A stretch of 63,048 nucleotides of DNA, counting the filler, from Dugesia japonica (lineage: Eukaryota), in assembly GCA_001938525.1 (NCBI GenBank). It is 6 parts of 6 records of this genome, joined end to end, with 100 filler letters (N's around TTAATTAATTAA, not from the genome) between each part and the next. Parts side by side here need not be neighbours in the genome. Positions count along the whole stretch, not along the records: positions 1 to 13,085 come from MQRL01498614.1; positions 13,186 to 22,159 come from MQRL01627881.1; positions 22,260 to 35,613 come from MQRL01579001.1; 3 more parts are not named here. The stretch is one strand, 5' to 3'. Positions within the stretch are counted from its first letter, which is position 1, and every line of letters begins with the position of its first letter. Made by a program: the position numbers and the translations under genes. Positions 11,161-23,370 of this stretch are shown one piece after another. A model generated the notes under the pieces. It was not told the origin of the DNA and ran no database searches. It was given only the letters and a program-made list of their open reading frames with translations.

Positions 11161-11872
11161 ATAAAAAATATTGAATAAAATATTTTACATATAATATTTT
11201 TTGGTACGGTAGTATACCCCCTGAGGTAAAAAAGTAATTATACCATTACTTATATATATATTGCATTTCATTAGTATTTCTTGTAATTAAAAAAAATGAA
11301 TTCACCAATTATTGCGAATTTAAAGAAAATGTAAGAGGATTTTAGTAAGAAAGGTTTGATTTTTTTATTAATTTTATAATTTAATTAATAAATTTAATTT
11401 AGAAATGTTAACGGATATATTGGAAAAACGTGGATTATTAGACGAAGAAAGGAATACAATGCTCCAGGAGCCCATAGTCGACCAATATATGGCTGCTGAA
11501 TTTTGCTCAACTGATTGTTTCGGGTGTGCAAAGTTTAATCTGATGGTTTCCATGGAGAATCATCGGATCTAACTCCAGAACTATGACAATTATTTTTGTT
11601 TTCATTAATTTGTTTTAAAATCAAATAAATGTATTATTATAATTCAGTCTTTTTAATTATTTATTTATTTTTTTTTAGTTTTTAGTGACAAAATAGTGAC
11701 ATATAAGTAGTGACAATTTTTCATAAAGACATATAAGCTGAGAACTTTTCTGATAAAAATTATAAAAAAACATAGAACTTTATCATAAACTTCATTAAGT
11801 CATGGCACCTTTCCATAAATAACTTATAAGTCTATATATAAAAAAAAACTTATAAGTAAATATTTTGATATC

Positions 11873-12085
11873 TATAGGGTTTATGAGTATACTATTTACA
11901 TAGCAACCATGTATTATAAGGATTATGAATGTATTATTGCATAGTAACCGTGCATTATAGTGTTCATAAGTATATTATTTGCATAGTTACCTTGTATTAT
12001 ATACATAGCAACCATGCATTATAAGGATTATGAGTGTATTATTACAAAATAACCCTGTATTATAATGTTTATGATTATATTATTT
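11873..12085. repeat. 41-42-bp tandem array containing CATAG(C/T)AAC motifs
   Basis: About 5 degenerate units such as TATAAGGATTATGAATGTATTATTGCATAGTAACCGTGCAT. Confidence 0.85.
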
Positions 12086-12127
12086 AGTAGATAGATAGTA
12101 AGGCACTGTACCACCCAGCTCCCCCCC

Positions 12128-12405
12128 TCAAGGTCAAATTTTTTCAAGGTCAAAGTGGCTAAAGATACTTGACCCTGATTGGTTGAAACATTTCAAGGTT
12201 GTTTTTCAAGGTCAAAGTGGCTAATTATACTCGTTTCTGATTGGCTGAAGCATTTCAAGGTCAATGTGGCTCATTATAGTTGATTCTGATTGGTTGAAAC
12301 ATTTCAAGGTCAATGTGGCTCATTATACTGGGTTCTGATTTTTAAAGTTTTTAAGGTCAGTGATACAGTATACTCAATTCTAATTGGTGAAATATTTCCA
12401 GGTCC
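12128..12405. promoter_or_regulatory. 49-bp tandem array of TCAAGGTCA plus CTGATTGG motifs (putative enhancer/promoter)
   Basis: Perfect TCAAGGTCA at 12128, 12144, 12206, 12255 and 12304. An inverted CCAAT box (CTGATTGG) lies in three of the units. The regulatory role is inferred. Confidence 0.55.
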
Positions 12406-13085
12406 AATAAATGTAGGTCATGGTAATATACAAAGCAACTATCGTCAAGTCAGACTTTATAATTAAATTTCCCACGCAGACTTACTATATAAATTTTTTA
12501 ATGTTTCAAAGTTTTTTTTAAAAATTATTTTTTTAAATTATTTTTTTTAATTTTTTTATTTTATTTTTAGAAATGACAAATTTTTTTTTTAAAGTAAACA
12601 TTTATTTAAATACAACTTATTAAAATAAACAAACCAAATTCATGGAAATCTTTTTAAAATAATGTCCCGCATTACCCAGTATGGACATGGATTGGTTACA
12701 CACATTATAATATTTCAAATTCACTTTCGAAAAAGTCCAAAATTCTGTTGATATCAATCAACTCTTTTTCCTGATCGTAGTCCCAATATTCTTTTTCTTC
12801 TTTCAATTTGGATATTCTTTCGCATTCTGGATACATTTTATTTATTANNNNNNNNNNNNNNNNNNNNNNNNNNNNNNNNNNNNNNNNNNNNNNNNNNNNN
12901 NNNNNNNNNNNNNTATTTCTTCTCCATTTCTTAAAAGCATTTTGAAATTATATGTGAACAGTAAAATAAATTGTTTTATATATACAAGTTTTTCGTTGTT
13001 GTAACACAACGTAACCAATTAAATTCAATCAATCATTAATATTTACTTGCTTTGTTTAACTGGCTACTGAATTGCATTTGCATTG

Positions 13086-13185
13086 NNNNNNNNNNNNNNN
13101 NNNNNNNNNNNNNNNNNNNNNNNNNNNNNTTAATTAATTAANNNNNNNNNNNNNNNNNNNNNNNNNNNNNNNNNNNNNNNNNNNN
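13086..13185. other. Artificial assembly linker (44N-TTAATTAATTAA-44N)
   Basis: Identical 100-bp structure seen five times; the 12-mer has stops in all six frames. Confidence 0.95.
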
Positions 13186-13241
<56 letters not shown>

Positions 13242-13258
13242 GTAATAGTAATAATAAT
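13186..13258. repeat. (AAT)n microsatellite; others at 22093-22159, 24298-24588 (gapped) and 54089-54152
   Basis: Directly visible; these typically abut assembly gaps. Confidence 0.95.
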
Positions 13259-15594
13259 TTATAGCTATAACTATAGCAATTATTTAATAAAAAAACTAAT
13301 AACACCATTTAAAATAAAATTTAATTGTTATATAATTCGAAGGATCAATCATCATCATAAGACAAAAATGAAAAATAAGTTAATTCAGTCTATTTTATTT
13401 AAACAAAAATTCAAGCAATTATACTGAATATAAGATGGCTATAATCATAATTCTTAATTTTTTTAAATTTTAACAATTTTTCCAATAAAAAATTAATTTA
13501 TATTCTCAGAAAAAATTTTCTATACTAATACTTTTTAAAATAACCATTTTATTACCTATTAAATTAAAAATAAAACCAAGAAACGTTCTTCAAATATTTT
13601 NNNNNNNNNNNNNNNNNNNNNNNNNNNNNNNNNNNNNAAAACCTATCAAATAATAAAATTGAAAAACTATTTTGAAAATATAAAATACAAAACTTATAAA
13701 AGCGTAAAAAAATCTGAAAATATATAAAAACTTCAAAAATAAAAATTATTTTTATAGCTAAAAGATTCTATTCAACTTAGTCAAAAGAGCTGTCTGAACA
13801 TTAATGCTTTTATTATGAAATCTATTTATTAACGCCTCATACAACACTCTTTCCTAATAATTTTTAAATTCGAATAATAATAATAATAACATTCGAATTC
13901 CATTTATTTTTATTTTTATATTCAGCAAAATTACTACAACCACCAAAACGATTATGCTTCTGGTTTTAGGTCCTTTGACCCTCACTTGTGATTGATATGT
14001 TATGCAAATTTTATTGTACGTAATTGCGTTCTATACTTTAATCGAAAAGAATTAGACTCGATATTAACAAATAATTATATATTGACGGTATTAGAACAGG
14101 AAAAATTCTCCTCGTGAATTTAAATTCCTAAACCCATTAAAGATAAATGACTTAATTACCTATATTAAAACTAGACTGTAATTATTGTAATTACTGTAAA
14201 TGGTAATTATTTATGACGATCATCCTTAAATTTTATTTTAGCTACATTACTAAAACTGCATCAAAATATAGCGAACTAAAGTATTAGAACTATACTTACA
14301 GGTTATAAGATAAAATTCTGAAATTATGTAAATAAAACAAACACTCTTCTGTTAACTAAAATTTATTATTATCATTAACATTAATCACACATTACATTTA
14401 CTTAATAAATAAAAATCAAACAGACGCTTACAAAATCGTATGCTTTTAAGCCATGCGTTGAGCATATCCACTTGAAAGATAGACGATATTCAGAAAGTGT
14501 ACTAAGCACATGCGCATGTTGTATGTATTAATTCAATTGAATAACATAGCAGTAACGATATCATTTGTATTTTGTGAAAGTTTAGCAGCTGAAANATTCT
14601 TATTGTATTGCAAATTTCATCTGCTTATATACTATTCTGATTTTCTTTCTTCTAACAATATCTTTCTCCTGATTGGTCCATTTTTTCGTTTCATTGCATC
14701 GCTTTATCATTGGTGGGTTTCTCCAATTTATCGGTATTTGATGTCACCCACTTATCCGGTCATTATTTCTTCCTCCTTTCTTCTTCTCAGTCCTTTGTAT
14801 ACTTTGTCAGTAACTTATTACTTTTCTGTTTACTTTCATTTTTGGTTGGTAATCGCGTTCTACGTCAATAATAATAATTATAATTAGGAGAGCAAAATTT
14901 TAAGTTGTAAATATTGCTTATGAATTTAATCCTCAGTTAATATTTAAAGCTAAAATTTGTTTAAATTCTTTTCGCAATAATATTGGAAGGAGAGATAATT
15001 TGGTTGACAAGTACTAGTTATTATTTTAAAACAACAACACTTAAAAAATATTATTTATTAATCACAAAATATTATTTATTAACACCAATCTCCTCACACT
15101 GTTTTCTCAGTTGAATGATATTGTGTATTATTAGGTAGTTGCATTAATTCTCGCTGTTTGTTTTAATTAACTAACTTATTAAATATTTCAGCAATAATTT
15201 AAATCAATCTGTAAGATTTAATAAGTATTAATATTTAAATGATAAAATGATGGTATATTAATAATATATTCGCGCCACGTCACGGAATTGTGTAATTCAA
15301 CCTTTTAATTATGTAATACGTGTAATAAATTTGTATCATTTAAAAAATTATTGAAATATATTGTTTTAGTTTAATATCAATCTTTATATAAATCTGATAT
15401 TTTTATTTATTCATTAAATAACAATTTCTAGTTGTTAATCATAACTTGTGATTATTAATTATGTACGCCTCATTGTTATGTTATCAATGTTTTTTNAAAT
15501 TAATATTTTTAATAATATTCAATATATATTTTGTAATATTTTGTAAATCTTTGAAAGTCTCTCATTTAATTAACTTCTAATTTCGGTAAATAAT

Positions 15595-17658
15595 ATATTC
15601 ACTGCAGATTTTTTGCGTTGCTTGTTCATTGCTATACTGAAGGATTAATATTAGAAATGTATAATAGTTTATTTTAACAATTATACCGAAAACAATTTCA
15701 AAAGTTATACAATTTTAATATATATTAAGGAGAGGTACACAATGGCTCACTTTCAAAATGTATTATATTACATAAGTAGGTAGGTAGTGGATGTCATAGC
15801 CAGCACACATTCAGTAAACCCCCCGCCATGACGTAATGAAACATAATCCTAATGGATTTATTTGGGAAGTTTAAAAAAATGAAGTCATATTAGGTAATAT
15901 TACGAAATGGGGTTAAGTTGCTATGAATTGTCCCCGTGTATTTAGTTGGGAAAATATTTTGCACACAAATTATGTAATAAGATTACTTTCATCGTCGAGA
16001 TTTTTACGTAATANNATTAAGTGGCTATACATTTTCCTGTGGTTTTTAGTTGGAAAAATCTTTCAAGCTTATTAGGCGGCAAAGTGGCTATGCATTTTCC
16101 TGCGGTTTTAGTTCGAAAACTTTTTAGGCTTTTTTAAGGGGCAATATTCTTTCAAGCATTTTAGTTGGGAAAAGATTTTTTATAGGAATCCTGGCAAATC
16201 GTTTATGTTGTTTAAATAATATAAAAATTAAAAATTTTTTAAATGAAATTTTATAGGAATTTGAGTGAACAGTCTAAAAAATATGTTCTAAATCTAAGAT
16301 TTCAAAGATTTTTATACCAAACTGCTGAGAACTTTGAATTAAAATTTTTCAAAAATTTTTTCCTTCTCAAATATGTCAAGTGTCTATTCGATAGAAAATT
16401 ATTTACTGATTACAAATATGTTAACCTAAAATCGTCAAAGTTAATACTTAATGAAATAAATGAAGTTTTGTGATATAAAAATCTCAAATTTCAGAGTTTA
16501 GAGCTCAGACCTCTTTGCAAAGATAACAGCTTTCAACTCAAATTTAGTTTCATTTTACTCAGATTAAAAATGGGACTGTACAAATTTAAAATATCGTTTC
16601 GGGAAAAATGCTTCCTAGCAAATATGTACAGCCGTCCTCCCGGAATTCACCCAAAAAGATCATCTACTATATTCCAACAATGTGGCCAACAAAATTGGAT
16701 TGTTTAAAGATGAAAGAGAAGGTGAAGATTATGCTGAATGGGTATTCTTTAGGCTGAAATGTTATAGTTTGAAGACAGAAGATGCTAGTACAACAATAAA
16801 GGTAAAAAGTACCAATTTAAAACAAACATATATCAATCATGAAAACTATTTAAATGCATACAATAAAGATGGAAATGGAGAAGAAGAACCAAACAAAGTT
16901 ATGTAGACTAGCTTCCAGTCAATAAATCATCAAGTTTATATAATAGTGAGTATAAAACGTGTATTGTCTTGTCTTGATGATAAGCACTTTTGAAGCAATA
17001 GAAAAAATAGTATGGCCTATGGGCACCACAAAATCAATAACGAAGAAGAGGACGACGAAATGATGATTTTTTGACAATATCTTATGATTTTGTATTTATA
17101 TGGTAAAATACATGTTTTTATATATTTGTTTGTTTTTATTTATTGATTATGTATATGTCTATAATAAGGAAAGAAATATTTATTGTTTTTGTTTTTATAA
17201 AGGTATTATGACTCTTTAGATTAATTTATAATGATAATAATAATAAGAAATAGGTATTCTTCGGTGTGAAAATATTTAATTGGTAATATATATTTTATTG
17301 AAGTTAAAGGACAAATTGTAAATAATCATAAAATAAGATTAATAATGATAAAATATAATGTGACATAGTAATTCTTTATTGTTTTATGTAATGTTGAATT
17401 CTATGAAAGTGAATATCTAATAAGTCAAATGACACGCTTTTTATGTGTGGATTGATTATGTAATATAATAAATTTTGCAAGTGAGTCAGTGTGTACCCCT
17501 TTCTTTACTTAATAAATATTAAAATTGTATAATTTATGAAATCGTTTAATTGTTAAAATAAATTATTATTAATAGTTAAAATAAACTATTATACATTTCT
17601 AATATTAATCCTTCAGTATGGCAATGAACAAGCGACGCAATAAAACTGCAGTGAATAT
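15595..17658. repeat. Long inverted repeat (arms 15595-15775 and 17456-17658) enclosing Polinton-derived DNA
   Basis: The outer 84 bp match in reverse complement at 80/84 positions by manual alignment. The inner parts match with indels. Confidence 0.88.
16651..17074 (+). pseudogene. C-terminal fragment of a second, divergent Polinton pPolB
   Basis: PKDHLLYSNNVANKIGLFKDE..G..AEWVFFRLKCYS..INHENY..SINHQVY..KRVLSCLDDK..MAYGH matches the pPolB thumb-region pattern. Confidence 0.85.
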
Positions 17659-19313
17659 TAATCCGGTACAGCGAGTGAAAGAATTTGGACAGGATAAATT
17701 CTACGCCGATGGTGGATTACTGTGGTATAAGACCTGCAATAAATCAGTGATATATATATATAATACGACAGACTATCACTGACTATTTTAGTAATTTTTT
17801 GAAGCTGTGAGGTCAATTCATGGATTTCAAATGTCTGAGATTTTTTTAATTTTTATGTATATTACGTATATATTATTTAAGAATTTATTTCTGAAACTTT
17901 TAAATATTATTGAAAAAAGTGAAGATAAATTTTAAAAAATTATATAGGGTTTTTTTGAAATTAAATTATTTAAAATCAAAATAAATATTTTATTTTAGGT
18001 AAAAAATTGTTTTTTAATATTAAAATGTTTTAAAATCAAGATCGATATTTTTTATTATGGGAAATTATAAAATTATATAAAATTGTTTTATAAAATCATC
18101 ATAAATAAAATATTTAAAAAAAGGAAAACGGATATTTTTTAAAAATATATTTTTTTAAAAGGTCTAATATCATTTGTTTGAATACTTTGAATTGTTCTTC
18201 ATCATTTGTCATTTTAATAAAAGACTTGTAATAATCAATAAAAAATTTATCGAGACTTGCCAAATGTCATTCATATAACATGTTGGGCGCATATTTTGTC
18301 ATTAGTTAGAAAAGAGCTTTGAACTTTCTGATATGCTGGCTACTTCTGTCAATGCCATCTTCTGCAAAGCACCATGACGCCATGCTAGATATCTTCATAA
18401 TCTCCGACAAATGAATGTCGAAAATACAATCATGCCTCCGACTCCAGTAATTACAAGATGGAACAGTTGGTTCAAGGCAATGAAGTATCAAGCTGAATAT
18501 TTTGACCTTTATATATCATTTTTTGCTGCTGAAATCGAACACAATGGAGCTACAATACAGTTAAATAAGCTGTTAGCGTTGCTGCAATGCACTGATGCAT
18601 TGAATGAGCTAAGAGCTGAACTTGAATTTGTATGTGTTCACTGCCAGCCAATCATGAGCTATCTGACTTCTTTTGAAACAAAGTCATTCATGGTGTCGAT
18701 GCTTTCAACAAAATATCTTACTTACTGTCTTTTCTGAAACCCCTAAAATTTTCCGTTTCAATCAGCAGCTGCAAAGATGCAATGAACAATGCTGCTACTA
18801 AACTTACAGAATGTGTCAAAATATTTGATCAAGAACAACTACCACTCTTATCAAAGAATTTTGCAGAATATGTACAATTAGTTCCGGCAATGGTAGATGT
18901 AGCGGATGAATGACAAGCTTATTTAGACATAGTAATCTATGTTAATGTCAATGATTTTTGGCGTGCTTTAGAGGACTGATTGACTCACTTAGCAAATCTT
19001 GCTAAAGTATACATAGCGCTGCCAATCTCTTCTGTTGATGTTGAACGCTCATTCTCGAAATATGGATAGGTACTATCTCCACTAATGTATTATCTGTCAC
19101 ATCAAAACCTAAGACCCTACAATGGCATTTACTTTAATAATAAATAAGTTTTGATATATTTTTTTCATTTAAATTGATTTGAATTTTTTTTCATTTAATT
19201 ATATTTCACTATGAAATTATTTCTAATAATTTATTGCGTAAACTAGCATTACGCCATCTGCAGGGTGCCGCAGAATTTAATAAAAATTTTACCGTGGTAA
19301 ATCGTGGGCCCTA
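17618..19313 (+). mobile_element. Decayed hAT transposon, CGGBP1-related transposase
   Basis: N-terminus RVKEFGQDKFYADGGLLW..TCN (CGGBP1-like zinc finger), HITCWAHILSL (CxxH), TRWNSW, and dimerisation motif ALPISSVDVERSFSKY. Right end ..ATCGTGGGCCCTA (TAGGGC-type TIR). Left TIR not found. Confidence 0.85.
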
Positions 19314-19326
19314 TATATTATTTAGT

Positions 19327-20233
19327 TAAGTTGTACAACAAACGAAAACCAATCCATTTAATATGACTAGTTTTATTCCAAAAAACACACATTTGCGTGA
19401 TGCGCTGCTTTTTAGTTCGCATCTCAAAAGAAATGCTGCAGAAAGTCATAAAATGCTTTCAGAAGCTTTTGGCAACCATGCTCTGTCAAGAATGGTTTTG
19501 GCAATTCAAAATGAGTGACTTTGATTTGCAGGATAAACAACGCCTAGGTCAAACAACGTGCTTTTCAGGTGAAGATTTGGAAAGGAAGTTGATCTAAGAT
19601 CCTTCCAAAACAATTGAAACAATGTTAGAAATCATTAATGTAAATAAATCTACCATAAGCAAACGATTAAAAGTCATTGGATAAAAACAAAAAGTCGGTA
19701 AAAGGTTGCCTCATCAAATAATAGTAGCAGATATCGCAAAACGATTAGAAATTTGTCAGACTCTGCTCAGCATGCAAAGAAAAAGTCCTTGTTTCATAGC
19801 ATTGTAAGTTGTGTTAGAAAATGTTTTGCTTTTGAAAGTCTGAAAATCAACACCAAAACGAAACGTACATGAAAACAAGGTGATGTTATCCATTTTTTGG
19901 GATCAAGGGATGATTATTTATTTGGAGCTACTAAACAAACATAAAACAGTTGATGGTCGGCGTTATCACCAGCCATCGTACCAAGTGATTACCACCTTTT
20001 TCGCTCAATGCAACATGGCCTTTGTGAACAACACATCAACAACCATCACGATGTCCAGAAATGGCTTGACTATTGGGTGAATTTCAAGGAAGAAAATTTT
20101 TTTTATCGTGGAATTCTTTTGTTGCGAGAAAGGTGGGAAAAGGTTTTCAGCAATGTAAAACTAAATGTATTTAAAGTTTTTATTTACATTTCTTATTATT
20201 TAAAAACANCGAGAATTAATGCAACTACCTAAT
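19327..20233 (+). mobile_element. Decayed mariner element (Mos1/mauritiana-like), internally deleted
   Basis: From ATG 19363: MTSFIPKNTHLRDALLF..KRNAAESHKMLSEAFG..WF..FK..DFDLQDK. Also KVMLSIFWDQ, a remnant of DYHLF..MQHGL, and FFYRGI..L.ERWEKV. Boundaries approximate. Confidence 0.9.
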
Positions 20234-21349
20234 AATTGACGATACGTTTTTTATATATTTAATCAGATTTATATAAATAATCATATTATCTGAAATAGAA
20301 AATATCTATTTTTAATTTTTTGTCTTTTTTTAAAATTTATTGGATCAGAAATCAATCAAACAATACATTTTTATTCAAAATGTATTAAAAAAAACTAATG
20401 GCAGTCAAAATTATGGCAAATCGTGCAAGCAGAATAATCTAAAGTCAAAAAATGTAAATTTCTAAATTAAAAAGTCAGAAAAACATTTGTGTTTCAATAA
20501 TGTTTTACAATATAATCGCAATCTTATCAATTTATGATTAAAACTTAAGCACCAAATATTGTTGAATTTTAGATTACTTAACTTTTCTGTCGATTTGTTT
20601 GTTATAAAATGTTTAGATTAACAATAAATATTTTAGTTGAAATATAATAAATGTTATAAATAAATTGATAGTAAATTTGTATGTTTGTACTTTTATAAAG
20701 ACATCTATTCGAAATTATATTATTACTGGCATGGAATCCATCATAAATAAAGGTAGAAAAATAAATCCTAGTAAAACTATAAAAATATTTATTTTATTAT
20801 GAAAATTATTTAGAAAAAAAAACAGTCGTAAAAAAATCTTTAGAAAAACAATTTAAAAGGAAAACATACATTTATATCCACAGTAAAAGTAAATTTGCTT
20901 GAAAAGATATACTAAAGTTTCTTCTACGTCTAAGCTTTTAACGACACTAGTAATAAATATATTTGGTATAATATTTTCTTTTCATCGTAAGAGAATTTAA
21001 GTTCCACACGAAAACGTTTTTCTGAGAATGAGTTTAACTCTAATAATATTGTCTACTAATTAATGTCAGTAGTATTTTCTATATATATACACGACGAGTT
21101 TAGAATAAACAGAGATTTAAAAGTTATATAAACGACTTAACAACTAGGTGAACTAAATACTAAAGGAAAACGGTATATTTTATAAGATAAAAGTCATCAA
21201 TATTATTAAAAAATTAAAGATAATTANNNNNNNNNNNNNNNNNNNNNNNNNNNNNNNNNNAAATACATAAACTTTAGTTATTTTAAAACACAAAATAGAA
21301 TAGTTGATTTATTTATTTTGATTCTGTTGAAAATTCTTTAACAAAATAA

Positions 21350-22070
21350 TTACACCTCGCATTTATCCATAAATAACATAGATTTCAATTAATATGACAA
21401 ATTTATTCCTCAACAGTCATAGATACTGCTTGATGACATCTTTTATATTTCTCATTAACTCTTTCTGAACGCGAAGATTCAGCATTTGCTAATATTATTT
21501 ATCTAGTTTTAATTCTTCGTTTCGAAAAGTTTTAGCAAGTTGATTAATCATAGCTTCTCATTTACTATGGAAATAAATGTTAAAGCTGCCAAAGAATTAA
21601 GTTTAAGTTTCATATCAATATCACTCTTAAAAATACTTTTATGTCCAAAATTATTAATTTTTCTTATTATGGTTTGTTACAGATGAAAATAGCAACATTT
21701 AAATTTAGCATTCTGAAAAACATTTGTAACTGTTATTATTAATAATAATGATATAATTCATTATGAATTTATCTAAAATAAATACAATCATTATTTTTAT
21801 ATATTCTTAAAGAAACGGATTACTTCATCTATTTTCTAATTTTTCTTTTCCTGCTTTTTAAAGAATACAATCTCTCATACGCAGAATTTGTCTTGAAAGC
21901 ACATAAAACAAAAATACATGGAAATGTATATCCAAAAGTGTAAATTGTAGAAAAATAAATATTTACTTGGAACATTGGAAAATGTTCCATTGATATCAAA
22001 CTGGATATTTATAGCTAAATACTTCAATTTTGTTATACTACTTCATTAGTATAAATACAAAACGGTTTTG
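21350..22070 (-). mobile_element. Possible highly decayed non-LTR retrotransposon RT C-terminal remnant
   Basis: Hand-read LKYLAI (YKYLG-like), SIFKSDIDMKLKLNSL and NSAYERLYS (ERLYxxR-like) fragments. Confidence 0.3.
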
Positions 22071-22092
22071 ACTTTTAATAAAGAATAAAACC

Positions 22093-22159
<67 letters not shown>

Positions 22160-22259
22160 NNNNNNNNNNNNNNNNNNNNNNNNNNNNNNNNNNNNNNNNN
22201 NNNTTAATTAATTAANNNNNNNNNNNNNNNNNNNNNNNNNNNNNNNNNNNNNNNNNNNN
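22160..22259. other. Artificial assembly linker
   Basis: 44N-TTAATTAATTAA-44N. Confidence 0.95.
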
Positions 22260-23080
22260 AAATGTTAATCTATCATTTTAGTTATTATTAAATATCATGA
22301 GCAAATCCATTATTTAATCAAAAATATAATTCTTACTAAACATTATTATTTAGTAAAGAGAATCCATTTAATAAAAATTATAATATTAATCATTTCATTA
22401 TTATCAAATAAAGAAGATTCATTTAAAAAAATGTATATTATTAACCATTACTAAAATTTTACAATTTAAGCAAGATAATCAGACTAACGTGGGTGAAATA
22501 TTAATCTGGAGCAAGGACCGAGCGCAATTGAAATTATTATGAAAACCCGAATTGATTTAATTTATCTCTCTCTGATATCTATCACTGATTACACACCAAA
22601 ACTAAAATCTATCCGCTTTATTTGCACACTAGTGTAGTAATAATACTATCCAATTCATTCGCACACCTGTACAGTATATATGTCATTTATTACACACCCT
22701 CGTAATTTTATTATATTTCCAGCGCCCTCCTTATTCCATTTATTTCTACTTGTAGAATAATTAATTTTCGGAATCGGAAACCGTTGCTTGAATTTTCGAA
22801 ATCTACGATGACTATAATGTTCTTAACTGCTGCTTTTAATTAATGGGAAGTCTTCGTTTTTTTCTATTTTCGTTTTTCTTGTAAATTAATTTCTTTTTAA
22901 TAAATCATTTTAATTTGCATGATTTATTTTATTTAATAAATTAATTGTTTATTTTTATTTTCTCAATTAATTTATTTATTAGGTTGCCATTTCTCGACTC
23001 TAAATTGAAATTTTATTTAGGCACTTTTTTCCACAGATATTTTATTTTATTTATTTTTTTTATCTGTAATTATTAATTTA

Positions 23081-23370
23081 ATTCAATTTCTTTATTCTTC
23101 TTAATAAATTATTTGTTCCAATTATAATTTGTTGTTTTCTTTATCTTCTCGGTCTGCAAGCGTCTTCTCTCATTTTCTTTCTTCTTTGGTTTCCTTGTTT
23201 CCANGTTGTTTCCTTTTCGTTTATTGGTTATTGCCTAAGTTTTAATTCTTTAATCTCGGTTTTCCCTTAATTACTTCTTTCTTCAACTAACCTTTGGCCT
23301 ACTATTTTCTGGATTGTTTACTTCTTTTACTGATATCTTCTCTTCTACTTATTGTCATTATTATCTTCCT
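23081..23370 (-). repeat. Dispersed repeat shared with 40361-40665 (probable LTR-retrotransposon remnant)
   Basis: Near-identical tracts ATTCAATTTCTTTATTCTT..TTATTTGTTCCAATTAT and CTAAGTTTTAATTCTTTAATCT..TAATTACTTCTTTCTTCAA at both loci. Confidence 0.7.

Larger units (their letters stand above)
1..11250 (-). mobile_element. Degenerate endogenous Polinton/Maverick (adintovirus-like) element; left end lies outside the window
   Basis: Tightly packed, intronless, co-oriented ORFs with recognisable pPolB, penton, adenain and pX-like motifs. Subterminal tandem repeats at 10833-11160. Candidate terminus ...TACCATTACT at 11250 (5'-AGT on the minus strand, as in Polinton ends), which is tentative. 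Many frameshifts and stops. Confidence 0.9.

Noticed and set aside
11297-11572. Possible small spliced or 55-aa gene
   Set aside because: Short, ambiguous frame and no recognisable motif.
10833-12405. Tandem arrays as CRISPR-like repeat-spacer arrays
   Set aside because: Units are homologous along their whole length with no unique spacers, there are no cas-like genes, and the context is eukaryotic.
13130-13141. TTAATTAATTAA palindrome as a biological site
   Set aside because: Always centred in exactly 44+44 Ns, so it is an artificial spacer.
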